Assembly (NCBI RefSeq): GCF_000142905.1
Contig: NW_013657638.1
Coordinates: forward strand, 119,826-149,271
Direction of reading: 5' to 3'
Length of the DNA stretch: 29,446 nucleotides
DNA from: Thecamonas trahens ATCC 50062
Lineage: Eukaryota; Protista; Apusomonadida
Part shown: positions 8,401-18,915 of the stretch, piece by piece
How positions within the stretch are numbered: the stretch's first letter is position 1
Layout: every line of letters starts with the position of its first letter
Notes under the pieces: generated by a model
The model's input: the letters and a program-made list of their open reading frames with translations, nothing else
Told to the model about the DNA's origin: nothing
Database searches by the model: none
Translations under genes and position numbers: made by a program

Positions 8401-11400
8401 AAGCCTTGTTGTAGGCGCGCTCCTTCTCGTAGTGGCGGAACCGCGAGACAACGTCGAGCGAGTCGAACATCTTGGCCATCTCGGTCGTCTTGGGGTTCGG
8501 GTTGATGGCCGGCTTGAACCAGGTCTTGGACTCTTTCTCGAGCGCGTTCTCACGCTTCTTGCGCTCGGCCTCCCGCTTCGCCTCGCGTGTCGCAAGCAGC
8601 TTGCGGTTCCTCTCGAGAAACTCTCGCTGCTCTGGCCGCATTACCTCTTCGGGTGTGCTTACCGCCTTGAGATGGATGGGCGAGCTGGCAGCTGGCGACT
8701 CGGGGTTGCTAGCATAGTCAGCCAGCAGCTGCTGCTGCAGAGGGCCGGCAGATGCCGAGAGGTCGTGGTCGCTGTCGCGCGGCGACGCCGGGGCAACGAG
8801 TCGTCGTCCGACACATCGAAAGCAACGGAGCGCTGGCGTGTGGGTGCCGGTGGGCCGTCGTCCGAGGAGAGGCCATACGGGTCTGCCGCAGCAGCGGCCG
8901 GTGGGCCGTTGTCCGAGGAGAGGCCATACGGGTCTGCCGCAGCAGCGGCCGGTGGGCCGTCGTCCGAGGAGAGGCCATACGGGTCTGCCGCAGCAGCGGC
9001 CGGTGGGCCGTCGTCCGAGGAGAGGCCATACGGGTCTGCCGCAGCAGCGGCCGGTGGGCCGTTGTCCGAGGAGAGGCCATACGGGTCTGCCGCGCGAGGT
9101 GCGGGTGCCCCGCCATCATCAGACGACAACCCATATGGATCCGCCGCGCGAGGCCCGGGTGCTCCGCCATCATCAGACGACAGCCCATATGGATCCGCCG
9201 CACGAGGCCCGGGTGCTCCGCCATCATCAGACGACAGCCCATATGGATCCGCCGCGCGAGGCCCGGGTGCTCCGCCATCATCAGACGACAGCCCATATGG
9301 ATCCGCCGCACGAGGCCCGGGTGCTCCGCCATCATCAGACGACAGCCCATATGGATCTGCCGCGCGAGGCCCGGGTGCTCCGCCATCATCAGACGACAGC
9401 CCATATGGATCCGCCGCACGAGGCCCGGGTGCTCCGCCATCATCAGACGACAGCCCATATGGATCCGCCGCGCGAGGCCCGGGTGCTACTCCATCATCAG
9501 ACGATAGTCCATACGGGTCCGCCGGAGCAAGAGCTCCCCCGTCGGACGAGAGCCCGTATGGATCTGCAGCCGCCGGCGCAGCAACACCACCATCGTCAGA
9601 CGACAACCCGTACGGGTCAGGTGCCGCCGCCCCACCGTCGGACGACAGCCCGTATGGGTCCGCCACCGCTGGCGCAGCGGTCCCCCCGTCGTCAGTCGAG
9701 AGTCCATACGGATCGGCAGGTACACCTCTATCCGAGGTGAGCCCAAACGGAGCGGGCTCAGCTGCCGCAAGAGGTGGGAGCTCGCCGTCGTCGGACGAGA
9801 GCGCGTGTGGATCTGAAGCCGCGAGGCCATCCGAGGTTATGGTGCCGGAAAACTGCGGTGCGGCCCGATACGGGTGCAACGACTGCGTCGATGCTGCTGT
9901 CAAAGACTCGCTCGGCACAAACCCGTCGGGGGCAGAGGCTTCGGTGGCCGCCACCGGCCGAAACCCTGACACGGCGCTGGTGGTCGAACTAGCATACAGG
10001 CTTTCAGGCGTCACCTGTACGGGCGCGGCCAGGTCTGGCAGCTCGTCGTCTGACTCGGAGACCGAGACATTGTATGTGGTGGGCGACGGAATCGGCGGGA
10101 GGTCCAGCTCGCGCGGCTCGACAAGCAACAGCGGGGACTCGGGTGCCGCCTTGGTCACGGTTGCCGTGGTCACAAGCGCAGGGAGCGTGACTGGTGGCGG
10201 CGTCTTGCTCAGCCGCGGCAAGTCCATCTCTGGCACGCCCATGTCAGCCTCGCGCGAGCTTGCCGCGCGCTGTAGACCCGAGCCGCTCGTTGGCACCTCA
10301 TCGACAAACGAGACATGCGGCGACATCGGCGGCATCGTGCTAGACCCGACTGGGACTGGCGACTTGGGCAAACTCTCCTCGGCCTGATCGTCGGCGCCGG
10401 TGAGGAGCGAGAGCATGTTCGAGAGTGACGAGACGAGGATGCTCAAAATGCGGTCCAGATGGGTCTCATCGCCACCGGACATGGCCGCCGACACCGCAGG
10501 CAGCAGTCGGTCAGCGCCAATCCGTAGCTTCTGATCCTGCACCTCAACATCGAGTGCAATGTCGTCTGCCATGGTGCCGAGCGACGCGGTGACCACATCG
10601 TGCAGCTGGAGAATCTCACGGGTAAGGTCCTTGATCCGCCGGTAGAGCATGGCCGAAATGAGCTCGCGCCAGTTGCCCGCCAGCGACTGCGCCTTTGCCC
10701 GCAGCGGATCCAGCAAATCAAACCACGACATGCCGAGCGAGTCAGGCTCGGCGCGAAGCTGTGCGTTGACCGACGCGTTGGCAAGCGCCTCTGCTACCGC
10801 CGCGTCGGTTGCAGAGTCGCTGCTGGTCCGCGCGCTTGCCGTCGAGGAGCTCGAGTTGGCTCCGTCTGTGGCAACCGTGCCGCCGACGCTGGGCACAGCA
10901 GACCACGACTGGGACTGCCGAATAGCGTCGCTGCTGGGCAGTCGAGTAGACTTGCTCTTCTTCGCCTTCTTGTGCTTGCGACGTGACTTGTGCTTCTTCT
11001 TCTTCTTCTTCTTCTTCTTCTTCTTCTTCTTCTTCTTCTTGGTCTTGCTCGACTGTGGCCCACCCCGCACCGAGTCGTTGTCGGCGGCCATGACTGGAAG
11101 CGAGATCGAGGCAGAGCCCAAATCGACGAGGTCCGAGCCAGGCCCGGCGGCCTCGCCGTTGACAGGTGGTGCCGGCATAGGATCCGAATGAGAGAACGCC
11201 ACCTTTGACACGTGGAGCGACGCGTCGACCTTGGGAACATGCCCCGATGAAGACGACCTTGAGGCTGGAGGTCTGTCTGTTGTCTTGGCTGACGAATCGA
11301 ACGCCACCGTTTTCTTGCTGCTGCTGCCAGGAGCCTTGGACATGGCCGACGGCAACTTTGACCCAGATGCATCCGATTCAGCAGCATCAGGTGCGCCCGA

Positions 11401-11820
11401 CGACAGAGGAGCAGGTTCATCGTCGCCACTAAGTCCGCCTCTGATGATCTCATCGAGGTTCTGCGACGAGCCGAGGATGTCGCGCATAAAGTCCGCGTCG
11501 TCGCCCGAGACTGATGCCGAGTCGGACGACTGCGCGCCCTGCAGGAGCGAGAGGAACTGCGTGGCACGCTCGATGTTGGTGTCGCCGCCGGCAGGCTCGG
11601 CTGCACCGGGGCCCATAGTTGACTCAAAGGTAGGGAAGGTCTCCATTCCACCGCCCGATCCGCTTACCTCAGACGACGAGCCACTAACGAGGCCCTCAAA
11701 GCCAGTCGGTGTCCGCCGCTTCCTGGCCACAATGGCGGCGCTGTCTCCACCCGCCACCGCTGCCGCCGCCTTTTCCGCCAGCGACGGCTTGTCGCATGCA
11801 GTAGACGAGACCGATGCAGA

Positions 11821-11853
<33 letters not shown>

Positions 11854-12435
11854 TGAGGACGGCGACGAAGATAACGACTCGGAGGTAGATGACGACGACG
11901 AAGACGAAGACGAAGATGAGGTTGATGACGATGGCGCCGACGAGCTCGTGGCGGCCTCATCGCTTGGTGTGCCGTTGCCCTTGTGCTTGCTCTGCTTCTT
12001 GAGCTTCTTCCGGTGCTTCTTCTTCTTCTTCCTCCTCTTCTTCTTCTTCCTCCCTTTCTTCCTGTCCTTGCTCTTGCCCTTGGCGCCAGAACTCTTCCCT
12101 GCCTGCGACGGCGTCGCGCCGCCCAGTGACGACACAGCCTGGTTGGAGGTGCCCGAGGCCCCGCCTTGGGCCATGGGGTGTACATCGTCTGCGGCTGGAG
12201 ATATGACGTCGGAAGCACTCAGCGGCTGTGACATGGAGTAGTTTGAGCCAAACGGCGAGGTGCTTTGCCGTTGCGCGGAAGAGGCAATGATGGCAGCGGT
12301 GGTGGCGCCTGGAGGCGCAGTCACTGTCGGATCGTCCAGCAATGGCGAGGTGGTCGTTGGCGAGGTGGAGAGCTTGGAGAGCAGCTTGTCGATCTCATTG
12401 GTCGTCAGCTTTTCTGCCAGGGACTCTGCAGACAT
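5411..12435 (-). CDS. Giant (~2341 aa) low-complexity scaffold: poly-Lys/poly-Ser N-region, 17 DPYGLS repeats, FxPxIN/ERLY repeats, EF-hand-like motif, AIR9-like Ig domain, (AK)n, C-terminal RGS-homology domain; one frameshift near 8790-8800
   Basis: ORFs 8659..12435 and 5411..8641 join if one base is added near 8795: the downstream frame reads PASPRDSDHDLSASAGPLQQQLLADYASNPESP...EEVMRPEQ without stops. RGS-like C-terminus 'LYNLLVSPEGVRQFLRFL...LLRFY...LFNAEQGRVFSVMESEWYPKF'. A9-like 'LTGEAEEGHTL...FRWIR...SYTLTAADVGCHI'. Confidence 0.75.
5829..5908 (-). repeat. Hexamer tandem repeat (GCCAAG)n encoding (Ala-Lys)n
   Basis: gccttg/gctttg repeated about 13 times on the + strand. Confidence 0.95.
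8849..9720 (-). repeat. Coding minisatellite: 5 x 51-bp, 7 x 54-bp and 5 degenerate units encoding ADPYGLSSD(D/N)G
   Basis: 'ggccatacgggtctgccgc' recurs at a 51-bp period (8871-9075) and 'ccatatggatc' at a 54-bp period (9131-9456). Confidence 0.95.
10993..11040 (-). repeat. (AAG)n trinucleotide repeat encoding poly-Lys
   Basis: About 16 ctt units on the + strand. Confidence 0.95.
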
Positions 12436-12562
12436 CTTGCCCTATGTGTGTGTGTGGAGGGTGGGGGGGGGGGGGGGCGTGAAGTACCGCCCCCTCCCAG
12501 CTGCGTGGAGCGGAGAGGACGAAACAGCGGCTGTGGGTCAGCGAACGCGCGATAAAACCGCC

Positions 12563-12647
12563 AACGGCAAACGACCAAACGACAAACGACCAAACGACAA
12601 ACGACGAGCGACCAAACGGCAAGCGACCAAACGGCAGACAAACTGAC
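12563..12647. repeat. Imperfect intergenic tandem repeat of AAACGAC(C)/AAACGGC
   Basis: aaacgaccaaacgacaaacgaccaaacgacaaacgac... upstream of the giant scaffold gene. Confidence 0.85.
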
Positions 12648-12780
12648 AGCCCATGACTGATGGCAAACAAAGACCAAGTCGTGAGCAACGCCAACGCGCG
12701 AGCAACTTGTTTGCCCTTCCCCCTTTCCCCCTCCCCCTCCCCCCTCCCCCTGGCCATCGCGCTCACTGAACAGACTCGCT

Positions 12781-13715
12781 TTACTGCTGCGGCAGGTTAT
12801 CCAGCGGCTCGCATGGTGCCTTCAGCTCGGCATCGAGGACGTCCGTGACAAACATGTAGCCTGGGGCGTGGGTGATGGCAAACGGGATGCGGGCGGCCAT
12901 GAGTGCCGACTGCGGCGTGACGCCACAGGCCCAGAAGACCGGCTCAGCGCCGTGAGGGATGGGGACAGCATTACCAAAGTCGGGCTTGCTCACATCGGCA
13001 ATGCCGAGTGCATCGGGCGCGCCATAACCGACCGGCGCCCCGTGTGCGCCCGGATAGCAGCCGGTGAGCGAGGCAACCGCCTCAAAGTCTGCCGGTAGGT
13101 ACGGCCGCATCGAGACCACCAGGTTGCCGCCAAACGGGCCGACCTTGACGTTCGGCACGTTGGTCTCGTACATGGCGACGTTGGTGCCGGCCACAACATG
13201 CGCCGGCGGCAGGCCGATCGCCGCCAGCTCGTCCTCCCAAGAGAACGAGCACCCGAGGAGAAAGCCGACCATGGGCAGCGGGCGGCCATCGGCGCCCGGC
13301 TCGAGTGGTGAGGCGCCGAGTGGACCGTCGGCAACCGGCTCGTTCGACCACAACTCGTCGACGCTCCGCGGCTCGCTCTCCAGCTCGCCGGCCCGCCACA
13401 CCCGGTACCGCGGCACGTCTGTGGCCAGATCAGAGCCCGGTGCGACCCGTGCAGCCTCGCGCGGAGCAGTAGCATGTGGATCGGTGACATCGAGCAGTGG
13501 GCACGCCTTGGGATTCGCCAGACAAAACATCAGAAAGTCCAGCGCGTAGGCCACAGGCACCACAACCAGGTTGGCCTGCACAAACGACGGGACGGCTCCG
13601 GGCGTTGGGCCTCAAACTCGCCGCGGCGGCACAGCTGGCGGAACGCCGCCGCCGCGCTTCGGTCCACAGCTTCGCCAGCACTTCGGAACAAATGGGTGAG
13701 ACCCGTACGGAGCAT
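12781..13715 (-). CDS. DUF1445/UPF0317 putative hydro-lyase (D-glutamate cyclase-like), ~311 aa, probable mitochondrial presequence; one frameshift at ~13607-13611
   Basis: Family motifs 'VQANLVVVP..YALDFLMFCLANPKACPLL', 'TDVPRYRVWRAGEL', 'FLLGCSFSWE', 'GNLVVSMRP', 'HGAPV', 'PVFWACGVTPQ', 'ITHAPGYMFVTD'. The N-terminus 'MLRTGLTHLFRS...FRQLCRRGEF' is in a different frame and joins 'PTPGAVPSFVQANL' if one base is added. Confidence 0.9.
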
Positions 13716-13890
13716 GGTGGTGGAGTGTGTAGCGCAGAGTGTGGGGTGTGGGTGTGGTGAGCGTGTGCGCGCAGGTGTGGTGTGACGCGCCGACGAGCCC
13801 ACTTGCATGACTGGCCGAGCCGTTCCGACCCTGCCCACTCGCGCCTCCTCGACCGATCGACACAAGACACGGCCATGTCCTGGCTTTGGT

Positions 13891-16800
13891 TCATTGATCA
13901 CGACCACGAGTGATGGATCTATGTGGTGAGATCTTGCTGCGCGCACGAGGAGAACGTCGACTGCGGCGGACACGGCCCGTTCGACTGCGTGGTGATGTCA
14001 ACGCTCCGCTGCTGCTGATCTCGCCCGAGCCCTGTGGTGAGAGCAGAGAGTTGGTCGAGGCCCGTTGGTTCTGATCCGATATGTGCTGGTCCCGCGGCGA
14101 GGCAGTGCCGGTTCGCGCTGCTACGCGGGCATTCCGCCGCCGAGCGCCCTGCGGCGATGGGCTGCCGGACTCGGCACCATATCGCAGATCCTGCTCGCTC
14201 CTTCCGCCCCTTCGCATCGACGGCCGCGGCGGCCGCGCATGACGGCCTGTGGCTTTTGGCTCCTCGGGGTGGTCTTCCTCGCTCACCGACAGCTCAAGCA
14301 GTTCGGCGATGGTCCCATTCAACGGGGATGGTGCCTTCTTCGACGTCGAGACGTAGACGCTTTGGGGAGGCGGTAGGTGCGGGCATGTGTCCGTGTCGGG
14401 GCTCGAACTCGAGCTGGATCCCAAGCTCGAGCGTGGATCGCATCCGTGACCAGACTCTGACCCGCTGCTCGTCTGCCAACTCGACTTGGGCGACGCATCT
14501 GTTTCGATCTTGCGCTTGGCACGAGCTTGCTTCCACTTCTTGAGGTAGATGTGGTAGGCGAGCGCCGTGACCACCACGCCCATTGCCACAACCTGCACGA
14601 CTGCGGTTAGGCCAAACAGCGTCCGGTTGTACCTGTACAGAAAGACAAGCATGACCACAGACGACGCCATCCCCGACACAACCGAAAACATGGTGTGCAT
14701 GCGGTCGCGGAACGGATCGAGCAGCGCCACGAGAGCCATCGACACGCCAAAGTTACACACAATCGTCACAATTCGCACGTCCTGCCTGTGGATGACCACC
14801 GTCTCGGCCACAAACACAAGAACCGTCACAAAGTGCAGAGCCCGGAACCATAGGAACCGCAGCCGCAGTGACCGGATCACAAACCCGATGCTCTCGTGGA
14901 TCATGACAGCCACAGCTACGCTAGCAGAAACGAGCTGCTTCTGTGCCTGGATTCCGCGGACAATCACAAAGATTGGAAAGCCAAGCAGGACAAAGATGCC
15001 CACTAACCATCCCAATGCGGCCGCCACGGCGTGCCGACCTTGGTAGCACACCAGACTCCGCTGCACCACAAGCCGCAGCTTGCCGTCGCCGGACCATCCG
15101 CAGTGAAGCACCTGAGCAGTCCGCAGAGCCACCTGTAGGTACGTCATCGCCACCAGGATGATCACGGCATGCGTCGCCCGCGCCGCGAACATGCCCCGCG
15201 CATTCGCCGCCTCTACTCCCAATGCGTCGGACACCACCGTCGACTCGAGCACGGCAATGCGTGCCTCCGCATTGTCGGCATCGACTTCTGGGCTAGGTGT
15301 CGTCAGCTCGCCCGCAGATACTGAGAGCATCGGCGTTGAAGCATCCATAGTTTCGTCTTCGCCAGGCATCCAGGCGAGGTCAAAGGCGCGCTGCGCGTTG
15401 ACTGACGACGCCGCCTTGGTCGGTCGCAACCATGACCGCACGGCCACCACAGCCACAAACAGCGCCCCAATGCCAACTACAAACACCACAAGCCCGCCGT
15501 AGAAGACCGGGAAAGAGATCGCACCCACCGTGCATCCCGGCTTGATGACTTCAACCTCAAAGTTGATGATCGACGCCACCCGGAGAACGAGTGCCAGCCA
15601 CGAAACCGACGTCGACGACGACAGCTGAAGCAGCCCCATGCGAGCCACGAGCACCAGCTGCTGGACGGCAATCACGCCAGACACCACGTTGACCAGCGAC
15701 GCCGCAGAGAGAAAGAGTAGGCCAAAAATAACAATTACGAACATGCCGCAAGCCACAATCGCCACCACTGCAAGCTCTGCCCGCACACTTGCGCTCGATC
15801 CGCACGCTGTGCACACTCCGGACTCAACAAAGTAATCGGCTTCGCAGCTCGAGCAGAACTCGCCTTGATATCCATCAGCGCAGACCTGCGTGTCGCGCGC
15901 GCCAGAGGCCAGCACCAGTGGTGGGTACCCAGCAATCTCGCCCAGTGATCCTGGGCATGCGTCGCGGTGGTAGCACTCGGACGGCGGCTCGGCCTCGTTG
16001 AACGACCAGTAGCCACGTTTCGGCCAGAACCGGGGACCACCCGGGCAGTAAGCCCCGGTAAACGACGCGCACGATCGGCACTGACCCTTGTACAGCACTG
16101 TGCCACTGTCACTGCATCCAGACCCGTCGTAGTAAATCCCGCCGAGCACCACGTCGCCTGTTCCGTTCAGCACGCGAACCTCGCCGTAGCCGGTCCTGTT
16201 TGACGGCGGCGCGACGAAGAGCCCACTTGCCGATGTCACCAGCTCCACCCACACCAACGCCTGTGCCTCGGCCTCAAAAATCGGGCCCATACGCGTCTCG
16301 ATCGCCAGCGCCAGCGTCTGGGCTCCAAGCCGTGGGTGCGAGATCGCAACTGCGACGCCGCCGGCCAATGGAACGGTGCTTGGAAACAACTCGTACGGCG
16401 TTGCAATGATTGTCTCTGGCAACTGAGGAGGTGGCGGCGGCGGTGATGACGGTGGCGGCGGCGAGGGTGACGGCGGCGGCGAGAGTGACGGCGGTGGTGA
16501 CGGCGGTGGCGACGGCGCCACAACGCAGTTTGGACCCGACCGCATGTAGCCCGAGATGCATGTCGGACACGTATCACTGGGCGTGCATGTCGCACAGCCG
16601 GTCGGACACGCAACGCATGGTGAGAATGAGTTCACATACCGCGAATTGTGCAACTCACACTGCTTGCATGCCTTGTACGACACGCCGCTGTTCTCCAGAC
16701 CAAACTTATTGTCGCACTGGGTGCACCCGCTCGCGTTGCTGGACGTACAGTTAACCCGTACATCGCAACCGCTGCTAGATGATGACCACCCCGGGGCGCA

Positions 16801-18413
16801 CTGGCCGGCACACGACGTCGCTGGTTTGTCAGATCACATATGTCTGCATCCGATCCACCGTGGGCGCAGATGCCCACGTTTCCACACCCGCCTGCCGTCA
16901 GCGATAGACTCGCTGCTCCGGTCGGATCGTCGCACCATAGGTTGAGTCCCATCCGCGCCACCGGCCCCATGTTGCCGCACACGTGGCCGCCCGACAGATC
17001 GACAGGCCCGGGCGAGGTAGAGAGAAACACCGCTCCGCGCGAGCTCGCCGTATTGCGCGAGGCAGCCCATCTGGTGCCGTTGACGCTCCCGCCGGTGCCG
17101 ATCCACACTCCAGCGCCGTCTGTCGCCATGTTGTCCATCAAACGCGCCTCGCGCAGCTCGGCGCTTCCGGCCACATGTATCCCGCCACCGTTGGCCCCGG
17201 CCATGTTGCTCGTCACATTGGTCACGCCATCGAGCAAAGCGCTCGCGCCCAGAGCCACCCCGATGCCACCGCCGCTTCCGCTCGCTGCATTGCTCGCCAC
17301 GAGCGCGTCATACATCTCGAGTCGGGCCCCTGGCTCGACCATAATACCGCCACCGCCCCCAGACGCAACATTGCCCTGAACAGCAGCACGGGGGCTGACG
17401 ACACAGACCGAGTCAGTCCCGGCGCATGAAAGCCCGCCGCCGGATCCGCTGGCGGTGTTGACGTCGAGCTTCGCTTCAAAGCCCAACGTGACTCGTGCTC
17501 CGCCGGTGGCAGCCACGCCGCCACCGTCGCTACCGGCGCTGCATCGCGTCATCTGCATGTCGATCATGCTCAACGAGGTCCCCATGCCAGCCACGGCCAC
17601 TCCGCCGCCGCTGCCGCTGTTCGCGGTCGCGTCCGCCACGAGGCAGTTTCTAATATCCACATCACCGGCGCTAGCAAAGATCGCCCCACCGCTGCCTGCA
17701 GCAGAGTTGTCTTCCATAGCGCCATACGATATGGCAAACAACGAGCCGATCGAGCCAGGCGCCACATACACGCCACCGCCAGATCCGTATGCGGTCGAAG
17801 TTGAAATCGACGAGGTGTCGGCGACCACCACCGAGGCACCGCCATCGATGGAGATCCCACCGCCATAGTTGCCCGCGGTCGACTCGGTGATCCATGTGTT
17901 CTCGAGCACCACGCTCCCGCCGCCGATGTGCATCGCTCCGCCGCGAAACGTCCCGCTCCCGCCTACCCGGCATTGGAAGATGTGCAGCTCCTTGAGCGTC
18001 AGATCGCTGGTTGAGGTCTTAATCAGGCACCCGCCATCGCGCGACGAGCCGAGCCCCATGCCCGACCCTCCATAGAGAGTAAATCCCTCGAGCCGCGCGC
18101 CTGGAGCCAATGCCGAGAGCGCAAACGCACGCGCGTTCGAACCGTAGCAGTTGATTCGCGACGAGCCGCGCCCGGCGCCACGGAGCGTAACATTGGCCAC
18201 CCCTGCAGGAAACTCGATCGAGTCGGCGCAGCCAGTCCATGTACCGGCCGCAAAGGTAACCACTGTGTTGTCTGTGGCTGTTGCAAGAGTGCTCGCAATG
18301 TCAGCCACGGCGTAGGTGTTTGGCACGGTGAGACCAGATGCAGCCCCAATCAACAACTCGACGAATACCAATGTGACCGCCGCAGCGACAGCACCGTTCT
18401 TGAAGGAGAGCAT
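13891..18413 (-). CDS. Large surface protein A (~1507 aa): signal peptide, pectin-lyase-like/Pmp GG(A/G)(I/V) beta-helix, furin-like Cys repeats, Pro-rich linker, TIG-like domain, Cys-rich module, ~9 TM segments, Arg/Ser-rich tail; one frameshift at ~16823-16833
   Basis: N-terminal hydrophobic leader; about 11 'N.A...GGG(I/V)' repeats; CxxC motifs; 'CADGYQGEFCSSCEADYF'; multiple hydrophobic helices. ORFs 16632..18413 and 13891..16683 join via PATSCAGQCAPGW...CTQCDNKFGLENSGVSYK. Confidence 0.85.
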
Positions 18414-18869
18414 GATATGGATGAGGTGAGCAGGGCAAGATACAACTGGTGCTTGCCTTCAACAACCACGCCGGAGAAACCAGAGAGGCCGCAGAGGTAA
18501 AGAGAGTGTGTGTGCGAGCGAGAGGGAGGGAGAAATATAAGGCCATACCTTCAGCGTGCCCCATATCGGCATTCATCCGCAGAGCCCAACCACCACCCGG
18601 TACAAACGGAATGTCAACCGGCCACGACTATTTCTCCGCAAATATAAATTTTCCCCACACACACCCCGCCCCGCATCACCACCCCTCCCCTCCCCCCCCT
18701 TTCCGCGACCAACAATCTTCCAATTTCCCGCCCCGCACAACGAACACCGAACACTCTGAACGAAAGACCACACGCGCAAGGCCACATCACCCTCAACCTC
18801 AGACACACACACACACACATACACACACACACACATACACCTGCCCTGACACACACACGCCTTCACAAT

Positions 18870-18902
<33 letters not shown>

Positions 18903-18915
18903 CTACTTTGCTGGA
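18414..18915. promoter_or_regulatory. Probable bidirectional promoter region between the two divergent surface-protein genes
   Basis: 502-bp non-coding spacer with lower GC, C-tracts and CA repeats between divergent ATGs. Confidence 0.55.
18803..18902. repeat. Interrupted (CA)n microsatellite
   Basis: acacacac... with occasional ta interruptions, ending about 13 bp before ATG 18916. Confidence 0.95.

Noticed and set aside
8608-8662. GTAAGC donor as an intron joining the two scaffold ORFs
   Set aside because: The nearest AG restores a stop codon, and the upstream 130 nt read as natural protein only in the downstream frame, so a frameshift at ~8795 fits better.
8849-9720. CRISPR-like regular repeat array
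   Set aside because: The units are whole tandem duplications with periods divisible by 3 inside a CDS; there are no unique spacers and no cas genes.
7802-10387. 861-aa + strand ORF and other long antisense ORFs (e.g. 22610..24703, 27167..28444, 3525..4577)
   Set aside because: Shadow ORFs caused by high GC and repeats on the opposite strand of better-supported genes.
13576-13612. 'tttgtgcag' as an intron acceptor in the DUF1445 gene
   Set aside because: It encodes the conserved PTxGxxPxFVQANL motif and no suitable donor is present.
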